Source: an uncultured Rikenellaceae bacterium
GTDB taxonomy: Bacteria; Bacteroidota; Bacteroidia; Bacteroidales; VadinHA17
Length of the DNA: 64,000 bases
Assembly (NCBI GenBank): GCA_964639725.1
Contig: CAZXFB010000007.1
Location: 58,177-122,176, forward strand
Reading direction: 5' to 3'
In this document: in pieces, positions 1 to 8,072 of the stretch
Position numbering within the stretch: position 1 is the stretch's first letter
Layout of the letters: each line of letters opens with the position of its first letter
The notes under the pieces: generated by a model
What the model was told of the DNA's origin: nothing
The model's input: only the letters and a program-made list of their open reading frames with translations
Databases searched by the model: none
Made by a program: the position numbers and the translations under genes

Positions 1-1119
1 GATTATGGATGGAATGAGATTATTTCAATGTTTTCGGATGATAACGGAAATACATGGCAAACATCAGATAATGGTATAAAAATTCAGGTTGACAGCTCCC
101 AGGTGACTCGTTACGGGGGTGTAGAACCTTCTGTTATTGAATTGAATGATAATAAAGTATGGATGTTGATCAGGACAAATAAAGGACACTTGTATGAATC
201 GTTTTCCGCAAATTCAGGAAAGACATGGACCTCCCCTTCTGCTACAAAATATATTTCATCCGATTCACCGGCAACACTTTTGAGACTTAAAGATAACCGG
301 CTAATAATTTTATGGTCCGGGAACCAGCGCTGGGATGACCAGCGAAGTTATGCAAATGGTGGCAGGGAGGTTTTACATGCAGCTATATCGGGCAATGATG
401 GTAAATCATGGAGAGGGTTCAGAGAAATCTTAGTAAGTCCTGCCGGTCATTTTATTATTAAAAGGGACATCGGAACAGCTTATCCGTCAGCAGTTGAAAC
501 GGATGATGGAAAAATACTTTTTGTCTCTGGCCAGGCCGAAGAGAGGGCAATTGTCATGTTTGATCCCGACTGGCTGGAGGCGAAAAGCGCTAAGGATAAC
601 TTCCTTAAAGGATTGTCTCAATGGACATTATTCGGAGCTGATAGCAATACCTGCCTGAGATCGTTACCTTCGGAGAGAGCTAGGGAGGCGTTACTTATCC
701 GGAAATCATTGAATAGCAGGAACCATGATACTGAAGCAGTATGGAATTTCCCATTGACAACCAAAGGAAAAATTGTGATTGAAATAGTAAAAAATCCTGG
801 ATACAAAGGCATCAATCTTGCTCTTACAGATCATTTTTCAGTTTCATACGATACGCTTGCTTCAGAAAATAGTATTGTAAATATTTCATTAAAAAATGAG
901 ATGCAATTAAATACACCAACGGAATCTAAAATCATAATCCTTTGGGATAGTAATAAGAAAGAGGCATCTTGTTACAATAATAACACACTCCTAAAAATTG
1001 TGCCTTTTCAACGCAGTTCACTGACAGGAATAAATTATCTGCGAGCAGGTATTCCGGGTTCAGATGCTGATCTTGCCGGTTATTATATTCAATCGGTCAA
1101 ACTGGTAATGGGAGAATGA
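1..1119 (+). CDS. Asp-box (BNR) sialidase-fold protein, 5'-truncated by the window edge, with an extra C-terminal domain
   Basis: Frame 1 is open from base 1 (DYGWNEIIS precedes the first Met at 28). Asp-boxes SDDNGNTW, SANSGKTW and SGNDGKSW are present. The MLIRTNKG and TAYPSAV blocks match other sialidase-fold copies. About 170 aa follow the propeller. Confidence 0.7.
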   Translation, partial: DYGWNEIISMFSDDNGNTWQTSDNGIKIQVDSSQVTRYGGVEPSVIELNDNKVWMLIRTNKGHLYESFSANSGKTWTSPSATKYISSDSPATLLRLKDNRLIILWSGNQRWDDQRSYANGGREVLHAAISGNDGKSWRGFREILVSPAGHFIIKRDIGTAYPSAVETDDGKILFVSGQAEERAIVMFDPDWLEAKSAKDNFLKGLSQWTLFGADSNTCLRSLPSERAREALLIRKSLNSRNHDTEAVWNFPLTTKGKIVIEIVKNPGYKGINLALTDHFSVSYDTLASENSIVNISLKNEMQLNTPTESKIIILWDSNKKEASCYNNNTLLKIVPFQRSSLTGINYLRAGIPGSDADLAGYYIQSVKLVMGE

Positions 1120-1155
1120 CTTTAATTATAAAAAGCTTTTTTCCGTTGTATACAA

Positions 1156-2496
1156 TTACCGATCCTTAAGTAATAACCGCATAGTGATCCATTCTGTTGA
1201 TTTATATGCGTTTGTATTGCGTGGATAAGTAAGGATGATGTCCTTTGTCTCCCTGTCTTCAATTAGTGCCATGTGTGAAATATCCAACCGTCCCTTAGTA
1301 AGGTCTTCCTGTTTTTGAGTATCAACTACTAAAAGAGATGACCGGATCAGTTTAAGTGTCTCAGTATTCACCTCTGCCATAACAAGTGGAAACCGTGGCA
1401 AATTGTTCCGGCAATTTACAAATGAGAGGTTTCCAATCCAGAAACATCTTCCACCTGAATGTTTAAATAATGCAGACATTGAGGATGGTGAATAGAATAT
1501 ACTTCCGTCATCGAAAGTCCATTGCTCTGGTTTTGACCATGACTCTCCTCCATCATTTGAAACAGATAACCATTTATAACTTGGCAGCCTGTTTTCCGGA
1601 TCAAGTTTACCACCATTGCTTCCTCTCATTATCATCATTATCCTGCCGTCGTTCAACTCGAGTAATGTTGGTTCGATCATTCCACGAGTCGATCTTACCG
1701 GATCACCGGCTATTCTCTGCGACGCTTTCCATGATAATCTCTTATCATTGTTCCATGTACCAATGAGTACCAACACATCCGTATAGGTAAAGCCTCCTCC
1801 CGGATTGGCCAACCCGCTATCAGAATTTAGAATAGTTGTCTGTGCCGGGACAAGAATTTTCTCCTGTTTTGTGACAATTGGGATTGATCCTACATCACCC
1901 TGGTAAATTGAATTCTTACCAATAACAATACCTTCAAAGGGGTGTTTCTGAGTATAGTTCCCGTTACTTATAATAGGTTCATCAAAAAGCCATGTTGCAG
2001 CTGCATCATCAGAAACAATATATCGCAGATAGTAGGTCTCCTGGGCAACAGGTGGTTCATTTATAGAGGGATCCAGACCAGGAGTATCAAGAGAGTTGAT
2101 AATAACAACTATCCTTCCTGTAAATCTATCAAGCACTGATGTAACCTGATCGCGCCGATAGCCGTATGGAAGATTTGAGAAAAAATCAGGTTTATATATA
2201 TATTTGGTCCAAGTGCGACCATTATTATCTGAAAAATTATTACCGGAAAGAAGACCGAAACCATCAGTTTTTGAATAGATTGCATTATGAATTGAAGGCT
2301 GACCCGGAGAAACAATTCTGCTTTTAATCAGAAGAGCTGTTGAGCTGTTCTCCTTGTTATCCTGCTGTTCCTTTGGTGGTGAGCATGCCATTAGGATCAG
2401 TATACATATTGCAAAAAAAATCCGGGACCAAACATCAGGGATCCAATTTATGGATAGTGAACCAGGATTGTGCACATAAGAAAATCTTTTATTCAT
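1156..2496 (-). CDS. Lipoprotein, divergent Asp-box sialidase-fold protein
   Basis: Lipobox-like leader ILILMAC. Asp-boxes SDNNGRTW, SDDAAATW and SNDGGESW. Blocks EPTLLELNDGRIMMIMRG and PRFPL match the sialidase-fold pattern. Confidence 0.65.
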   Translation of the reverse strand: MNKRFSYVHNPGSLSINWIPDVWSRIFFAICILILMACSPPKEQQDNKENSSTALLIKSRIVSPGQPSIHNAIYSKTDGFGLLSGNNFSDNNGRTWTKYIYKPDFFSNLPYGYRRDQVTSVLDRFTGRIVVIINSLDTPGLDPSINEPPVAQETYYLRYIVSDDAAATWLFDEPIISNGNYTQKHPFEGIVIGKNSIYQGDVGSIPIVTKQEKILVPAQTTILNSDSGLANPGGGFTYTDVLVLIGTWNNDKRLSWKASQRIAGDPVRSTRGMIEPTLLELNDGRIMMIMRGSNGGKLDPENRLPSYKWLSVSNDGGESWSKPEQWTFDDGSIFYSPSSMSALFKHSGGRCFWIGNLSFVNCRNNLPRFPLVMAEVNTETLKLIRSSLLVVDTQKQEDLTKGRLDISHMALIEDRETKDIILTYPRNTNAYKSTEWITMRLLLKDR

Positions 2497-2550
2497 AACT
2501 CTTCTCCTTTTGATAAGTTGTAATTATAGTCATTTACAAACTATTTCTGA

Positions 2551-3798
2551 TCATAAATAATCTTTTTCACTAAGTGATATCTTGAGGTTACCCTGCCCTG
2601 TAGTAATCCATAGGTTACCCGGTTTATTCTCGAAGATGTATGGATAAGCGATAACATTATTCTTTTTGATGACCGCCGAAACAGCAGTGCATCTTGCTAC
2701 AATATGAGGCGTGCTCCAGTTTTTACCATCATCTGCAGAAAACATGATTGCAAGTTCCTCCCTGTGGTTACTGACAGGTACCTCCGACCAGTTGCTATCT
2801 CCACCAGTCAGTGTATATGATGTTTTTCCTTCAGGATAATAACGGTTCCAGATTAGAACAAGTCTACCGCTCTTTAATCTAAACAGATTACCAGGTGCGG
2901 AGCTTGCATCAATTCCTGTTGCTTTGAAATTTTTCCATGTAAGGCCCTCATTGTCGGAAAAAGCTTCCCAGAAGTAGCCCCAGTTTGTCCGCATCAACAT
3001 CCATATCTGGCCATCCCTGAGCTGTTCGATTGTGGCTTCTGTTACGCCCCCATGATGACCAACACCCCCAAGATCAATTATGTTACTGCGAATCCAGCTT
3101 TTTCCATCATCTTTTGAAGTATAAGTTAATACTGAATGACGACCAGGATTATGCTGCATCATCATTGAAGTAAACACAATACTGCCATCGTTTGTTTCAA
3201 TGATATCGCGGATTGATCCGGTCCATTCATCATGAAGTTTCTGAAGGTCCTGCCATGTTTTTCCTCCATCGAGACTTCTGACTGCGTAAGTAGGAAGGAT
3301 TGCTCCCGGGGAATCATGAATAGTCGTCTGCCAATTCCAATTTGACAATTCAGATGTATTATAGAATGCAAGAATAATTATTCCCTGTTTTGTTTGAATC
3401 AAAGCTCTTTCACTGATTGTGTATTTACCTGTTTCAGGAAAGACATTATACGAAGTCCATGAATAGCCTTCATCGTTACTAATAAGACATTTAGTTCCCT
3501 CGGCAGTAAGAATTGATCCATCAGTTAACCTGATAAATGGTCCTGTTTTGAGGCCAATAATTTCGAAAACATTCTCAGGTATCCATAAACCAGTTTTTGA
3601 AATTTTCCAACCCTCAGGAACATACGGATCATACTTACTGACTATCTCTTCCGGCTTCCTGCAACTAAAAAGAAATAAGAGTGACAAAAAGATCCATAAA
3701 ATCCTCACAGGGAAGAATTTAAAACTGATATATTCCTGGTTATGAACAGATTTCAAGTCAACCAGAAGCCATATTTGATGAGTTACAGGTAAAACCAT
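2551..3798 (-). CDS. Lipoprotein, Asp-box sialidase-fold protein
   Basis: Five Asp-boxes: SNDEGYSW, SLDGGKTW, SKDDGKSW, SDNEGLTW and SADDGKNW. Lipobox LFLFSC. The ATG at 3798 overlaps the upstream gene by 16 nt. A GTG at 3708 would give MRILWIFLSLLFLFSC and is a plausible alternative start. Confidence 0.7.
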   Translation of the reverse strand: MVLPVTHQIWLLVDLKSVHNQEYISFKFFPVRILWIFLSLLFLFSCRKPEEIVSKYDPYVPEGWKISKTGLWIPENVFEIIGLKTGPFIRLTDGSILTAEGTKCLISNDEGYSWTSYNVFPETGKYTISERALIQTKQGIIILAFYNTSELSNWNWQTTIHDSPGAILPTYAVRSLDGGKTWQDLQKLHDEWTGSIRDIIETNDGSIVFTSMMMQHNPGRHSVLTYTSKDDGKSWIRSNIIDLGGVGHHGGVTEATIEQLRDGQIWMLMRTNWGYFWEAFSDNEGLTWKNFKATGIDASSAPGNLFRLKSGRLVLIWNRYYPEGKTSYTLTGGDSNWSEVPVSNHREELAIMFSADDGKNWSTPHIVARCTAVSAVIKKNNVIAYPYIFENKPGNLWITTGQGNLKISLSEKDYL

Positions 3799-4856
3799 TC
3801 AGAAGGCAGACTTTTGAGTTTTAGCGAGAGACCGCCTTTATAGTTAAAATATGTAATAAGTGCCCTGTTTCCTATCCAGGTAACAGCAGGATAAGCCCAT
3901 GAATCGTCTGCTATCTCTTCGATGTTCCTGAAATTCACCCATGTTTCACCTTCATCCTTTGAAATTGCTGAGGTTAATGGATTACGACTTTTTGCACCCG
4001 GATTATTGTTCCAGATAGCAAGAATATCGCCTGAATCAGGAATCCTGCTTATTGAAACAGGGGCAGCCGTCCCGAGTAGTGTGGTTGGTACAGGTTCGCT
4101 CCATGTTTCTCCACCATCAGAAGAAACACTTTTATACTGACAACCTAGACCAGTACGCATTAGCATCATTACTTTTCTGTCTTTCAGTTCAATACAGGCA
4201 TTCTCAAAACAGGTTCCGGCTGTGGGTTTTATAAATTGACTATCTCTCCAGGTCTCGCCTTCATCATCAGATATTACACAATAACAGAAACCACCTTGCC
4301 AGGCTTCAAGAAGTATCCTGCCATTACTGAGTCGCAATGATCTTCCGTTTGTAAGACCTGTATATTTCCCATCGGGACTCATCTGCTTTTGATTGATCCA
4401 TGTTTTACCTTCATCAGATGAAGTGCGCATCATAATGCGGCAATCAGTAGCTTCAGTGTTCTTTTGCAGATAAAACAGAGCCAGATTCCCGTTCTTCAAT
4501 CTTAGAAAATTAACTTCCATAACGTTACATCCACCATCATTTTCAATCAGTGTGTATTTATCTCCCCATGAACGGCCACTATCAATGGAAATTTTCCCTG
4601 AAATCCTTGCAGGACCATGATCAGCGCCATTCCCGGCATAAAATTCAGTCCACCCAAGTAATAAGGAGCCATCTTTTAAAGGAATTATTGCAGCTTCACT
4701 GTTCCGTGTATTCTGAGGGCCCACAGGTGCCACAAAATATTCATAAATATCACTTTCAGAACCTTTGACAGAACCTTTATCTCTTTCTTGTCGATTCTTA
4801 CAGCCAGAATTTAACAGGATGGAGACTATAAAACAGATGGAGAATATCTTGTTCAT
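3783..4856 (-). CDS. Lipoprotein, sialidase-like glycosidase (GH33-like, TRNSE variant of FRIP)
   Basis: Lipobox LLNSGC. TRNSEAAIIPL sits at the FRIP position. Asp-boxes SIDSGRSW, SSDEGKTW, SDDEGETW, SSDGGETW and SKDEGETW. Also MLMRTG, SRNPL, SRIPDSGD and WAYPAV. Confidence 0.75.
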   Translation of the reverse strand: MNKIFSICFIVSILLNSGCKNRQERDKGSVKGSESDIYEYFVAPVGPQNTRNSEAAIIPLKDGSLLLGWTEFYAGNGADHGPARISGKISIDSGRSWGDKYTLIENDGGCNVMEVNFLRLKNGNLALFYLQKNTEATDCRIMMRTSSDEGKTWINQKQMSPDGKYTGLTNGRSLRLSNGRILLEAWQGGFCYCVISDDEGETWRDSQFIKPTAGTCFENACIELKDRKVMMLMRTGLGCQYKSVSSDGGETWSEPVPTTLLGTAAPVSISRIPDSGDILAIWNNNPGAKSRNPLTSAISKDEGETWVNFRNIEEIADDSWAYPAVTWIGNRALITYFNYKGGLSLKLKSLPSEWFYL

Positions 4857-4884
4857 ATTATTTTAATGTTAAACATTTGAATTA

Positions 4885-4930
4885 AAATTAACAGTAAAAG
4901 ATTGCCCAAAGTTATCAGACTTCGGGCAAT
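4885..4930 (-). terminator. Putative intrinsic terminator after the 4940-5866 gene
   Basis: The minus strand reads ATTGCCCGAAG-tctgataa-CTTTGGGCAAT, an 11-bp stem with one G-U pair. It starts 10 nt after the stop codon and is followed by CTTTTACTGTTAATTTT. Confidence 0.5.
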
Positions 4931-4939
4931 CAGAGTGCT

Positions 4940-5866
4940 TTAGACTAACTTTCCCAACGCAAAAATTCTGTTTTTTGAAGTCATGGTTACCATTTTTGAA
5001 TAATGATAAACAGTAGCCACCTCTTTATCTCCATCCATTATTGGAGTAGGTGCTTCAATAACGAAGTCGGCAAAATGTGGTTGATTAAATGCAATAAATG
5101 CAAGGCTCAGGCAATCAATCTGAATATCGTAGATTTTCGAAAGGTCAGGGAAAGCAACAGGACCAGTGTCAACCTGATAGATCTTTTTAGGATTACTGAT
5201 ATTCATTGTTTTGCAAGGACATTCAATAATGGCTTTCATTCCTGTATCAGCATTTTGAAATTCAGTCTGTGTCACAATCGGGATCCCGGCAGCAGTCGCA
5301 TCACGTATCTTTTCCCAGGTATCGAGTTCAGTAACCATTTTTGCATAAGGAGTGCGAATTACCGGGTTACCTCCCCACATTTCTTCCATCTTTTTTATTG
5401 AACGATAACGATCATCGCGTTTGGACGAATGACGACGGAAGACAAGTACTTTTCCATCTCCGAAAATCGGCAGAAAATCATAATTATCAATATAGAACAA
5501 ATCCTTCTCCCCAAATGTATTTTCGCTTTTGCAGGATGCCCCCTGATAATAAATAGTATTTGTTCCGGATTTTGTATCAATAATGATCGTCCTGCTTTCG
5601 ATCCACATTCTGACAGAATTAAACTCTGCAGTATTACAGAAGAACGACTGACCATAATCAATGCAGGCGAGTGGATCAGAAGTAGCTGTTCCTGAGACGG
5701 TTTCATTTGCACAGCCAGTTGAAATCTGTGAAACTATTACACCGGATGCTGCAAAAAGACCTCTCTTTAAAAAGTTTCTTCTAGAAGCACCCGCTTTTTG
5801 GCCGGAACTGACTGATTCGATTCCGGAGATCAAGCTCTGATCATCTTTCAAAGTTTTCTTCTTCAT
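4940..5866 (-). CDS. Tat-exported protein of unknown function
   Basis: Near-consensus twin-arginine leader SRRNFLKRGLFAASGVIV followed by STGCA. I recognise no family motif. Several cysteines are present (CIDYGQSFFC, IIECPCK). Confidence 0.55.
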   Translation of the reverse strand: MKKKTLKDDQSLISGIESVSSGQKAGASRRNFLKRGLFAASGVIVSQISTGCANETVSGTATSDPLACIDYGQSFFCNTAEFNSVRMWIESRTIIIDTKSGTNTIYYQGASCKSENTFGEKDLFYIDNYDFLPIFGDGKVLVFRRHSSKRDDRYRSIKKMEEMWGGNPVIRTPYAKMVTELDTWEKIRDATAAGIPIVTQTEFQNADTGMKAIIECPCKTMNISNPKKIYQVDTGPVAFPDLSKIYDIQIDCLSLAFIAFNQPHFADFVIEAPTPIMDGDKEVATVYHYSKMVTMTSKNRIFALGKLV

Positions 5867-5938
5867 ATTTTAAGAGATTAATAATAAATTAATATGAGTA
5901 TCGGTTATCAATAATAAATTTAAAACAATTGGTTATGA

Positions 5939-6075
5939 GATTCCTCGCTAACGCTCGGAATGACAGTATTTTATGTGACATAGGGGAAAGCAGAGGCGAT
6001 TCGCTGAGCGAATCGCCTCTGCTTTCCCCACAAACAACCAACATCGCATGTCATTCCGAGCGCCAGCGAGGAATC
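5939..6075. repeat. Nested-palindrome intergenic element, copy 1
   Basis: Outer arms GATTCCTCGCTAACGCTCGGAATGACA (5939-5965) and TGTCATTCCGAGCGCCAGCGAGGAATC (6049-6075) are complementary at 25 of 27 positions. The inner hairpin (5983-6029) is perfect: GGGGAAAGCAGAGGCGATTCGC-tga-GCGAATCGCCTCTGCTTTCCCC, a 22-bp stem. Confidence 0.75.
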
Positions 6076-6207
6076 CCCCTCACCTATTTTAATAGTATGA
6101 ATTAATCCCATTTCAGTTATTATTCATTCCAGATACTCATTTAAATTAATTATGTAATATTCAGAAAAACTGTTCTAAAAAAATCTTACAATACTATCAT
6201 TCATGTG

Positions 6208-7464
6208 TTATAAAGAAAGCTTGAACCACCTTATATTTGAGACCATTTTCTCATAGCACCAGAAAGCTATATAAACTGAGTTATCAGGAAGAATTGTAAT
6301 ACATGGTGCTCCGAATTTAAGTTCATTAAAATCTTTCACCATGTTATCTGTTTTATCAGTCAGGCTCTTTTCCTGAGTACCCCAGAGCGGTATATCTGTT
6401 TCATTCACCCATTTATTATCTTCAATCCGCACAATAGTGATCCAAAGTCCAGACCTGTCCATTCTCCTGTAAACTGCAAGAATTTTATTGCCAGATAATC
6501 CTGCAATTGCCATTGTTTCTCCTTTAATTTCTGTTGAAGCAGGGGGCATCCAGCTCTTACCCCCATCATTGCTAATAGTATATTGGTTTGGCAGATCTTT
6601 AGCCTCACTTTCATTATAAGCCCATGCAATACCTAATAAAACTCCTTTTGAAAGTTCAATAATCTTACTTTCCCATAAAATGATTTTTTCATTACTTCTG
6701 TTCATGACATCCATGAATTCCGGCCATGATTTACCTTTATCGTTGGAAACCAGAGCTATCATCTTCATACCATTGGGACAATAACCGTCCCATCCACGCC
6801 ATGTTGAAGTTGGCCAGAGCCACCTGCCATCACTTAATGGAACAAGAGGACTACACATTTCAAATGATGGTCCAACAAGCGGAGGAGTGATTTTTTCAGG
6901 TTCGGTCCACGTGTATCCATTATCAAAAGAACCGGCAATAAGCAAGTCTGTCGGAACAAAGCCTAGGTTTTCCGCATTTGCCAATCCATCATCAGGATGC
7001 GATTCACGGTGGCATCTTGTTATATTGGCAATAACAGAACCATCAGGCATAGCTGAAATACGGGCATAATCAGAGACCAGGATCTCTGATTTCTTTTTTA
7101 TCAAACTGATGGGTTCACTCCAGGTCTCCCCCATATCCTTTGAACGAACTACATAGGTATCAGAATTAACTGATTCGAATGCTTCCCCGATAGCAAAAGT
7201 TGCCAGCATTTCACCATTGGCTAACACAGCCACTGAGGGGAAATATGCCTGCCTGCTAACTACATGCGTTTTAGGATTACGATAGATTATTCCGCTTCTG
7301 ATATTTAACTTATGAATATCATTACTTTTTATCTGCCTTTCATTTTGGTTGTTACCGGACTCATTGAAACTTCTACACCCAGGGAATAATATCATCTGAA
7401 AAAGTAATGCCAGGCAGAAAATAATTCTGGCAGATTCTGATAGAGATTCAAATTTTGATTTCAT
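6208..7464 (-). CDS. Lipoprotein, Asp-box beta-propeller protein (family D, secreted copy)
   Basis: Leader with lipobox ILFPGC. Asp-boxes SKDMGETW, SFDNGYTW, SNDKGKSW and SNDGGKSW. Long identical blocks are shared with 12136-13245, for example GRWLWPTSTWRGWDGYCPNGMKM and FNELKFGAPCI. Confidence 0.7.
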   Translation of the reverse strand: MKSKFESLSESARIIFCLALLFQMILFPGCRSFNESGNNQNERQIKSNDIHKLNIRSGIIYRNPKTHVVSRQAYFPSVAVLANGEMLATFAIGEAFESVNSDTYVVRSKDMGETWSEPISLIKKKSEILVSDYARISAMPDGSVIANITRCHRESHPDDGLANAENLGFVPTDLLIAGSFDNGYTWTEPEKITPPLVGPSFEMCSPLVPLSDGRWLWPTSTWRGWDGYCPNGMKMIALVSNDKGKSWPEFMDVMNRSNEKIILWESKIIELSKGVLLGIAWAYNESEAKDLPNQYTISNDGGKSWMPPASTEIKGETMAIAGLSGNKILAVYRRMDRSGLWITIVRIEDNKWVNETDIPLWGTQEKSLTDKTDNMVKDFNELKFGAPCITILPDNSVYIAFWCYEKMVSNIRWFKLSL

Positions 7465-7500
7465 CTGTTTAATTTCAGTAGTGTCCGACCAAAAGCAAGA

Positions 7501-7642
7501 GATTCTTCTCTACGCTCAGAATGACAAGTGTTTATAGAGTTAGTGAGTAGAGGGAGGTGGTTGGAGGTACAGCCTCCAACCACCTCCCTCTTAACAACAC
7601 AAGTATCTGTCATTCTGAGCGAAACAAAGTGAAGCGAAGAAC
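7501..7642. repeat. Nested-palindrome intergenic element, copy 2
   Basis: Left arm GATTCTTCTCTACGCTCAGAATGACA (7501-7526). The right arm TGTCATTCTGAGCG... (7608-7642) is partly degenerate. The inner hairpin (7550-7590) is perfect: GAGGGAGGTGGTTGGAGG-tacag-CCTCCAACCACCTCCCTC, an 18-bp stem. Confidence 0.7.
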
Positions 7643-8072
7643 CGAGCTTTGCGAGCTCACCAAAGGTAATCTCATGCTAATTTCAAATATTATCCGTTTA
7701 ATAATGATTTAATTTACAAAAATATGCAATATTGAATCATCTGCTAACTGATTTTTAAAAACCTGATATTATGACTTTTATTTGATGAATACCACTGATT
7801 TCTTATTCCTTATTCAGATCAGAAAATATTCAGCATAAAACTATGTCCTGATTATCCTGCTTTTTTAAAATCTTACTCCCTTATTATACAAATTTAAGAT
7901 ACAATGGTTATTAAATAATAATACAATTCATCTCATTTATAATATTTTCATACAGAAATAAAGCTATAAGCAATCAACTAAAAGAATCTATGACTTAAAT
8001 AGCAAAATTGAATCATTTTCTATATCAGCTGGCAAACCATTATGGTATTCTATCAGCATATAAATAACTTAG

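Noticed and set aside
5983-6029. The perfect 22-bp hairpin (and the 18-bp one at 7550-7590) as rho-independent terminators.
   Set aside because: Neither is followed by a U-rich tract on either strand. The second lies upstream, not downstream, of the nearest gene.
5939-7642. Whether the two palindromic elements could be a small CRISPR array, or the inverted repeats of an insertion sequence carrying gene 6208-7464.
   Set aside because: There are only two copies, no short regularly spaced direct repeats and no cas genes, so it is not a CRISPR array. No transposase or integrase gene and no obvious target-site duplication are present, so I cannot call it a mobile element. I kept it as a repeat finding only.
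7731-8016. The 10-mer ATTGAATCAT repeated 276 nt apart in the long AT-rich spacer.
   Set aside because: A single 10-nt match in about 430 nt of AT-rich DNA is plausibly coincidental. It is mentioned only as context in the spacer finding.
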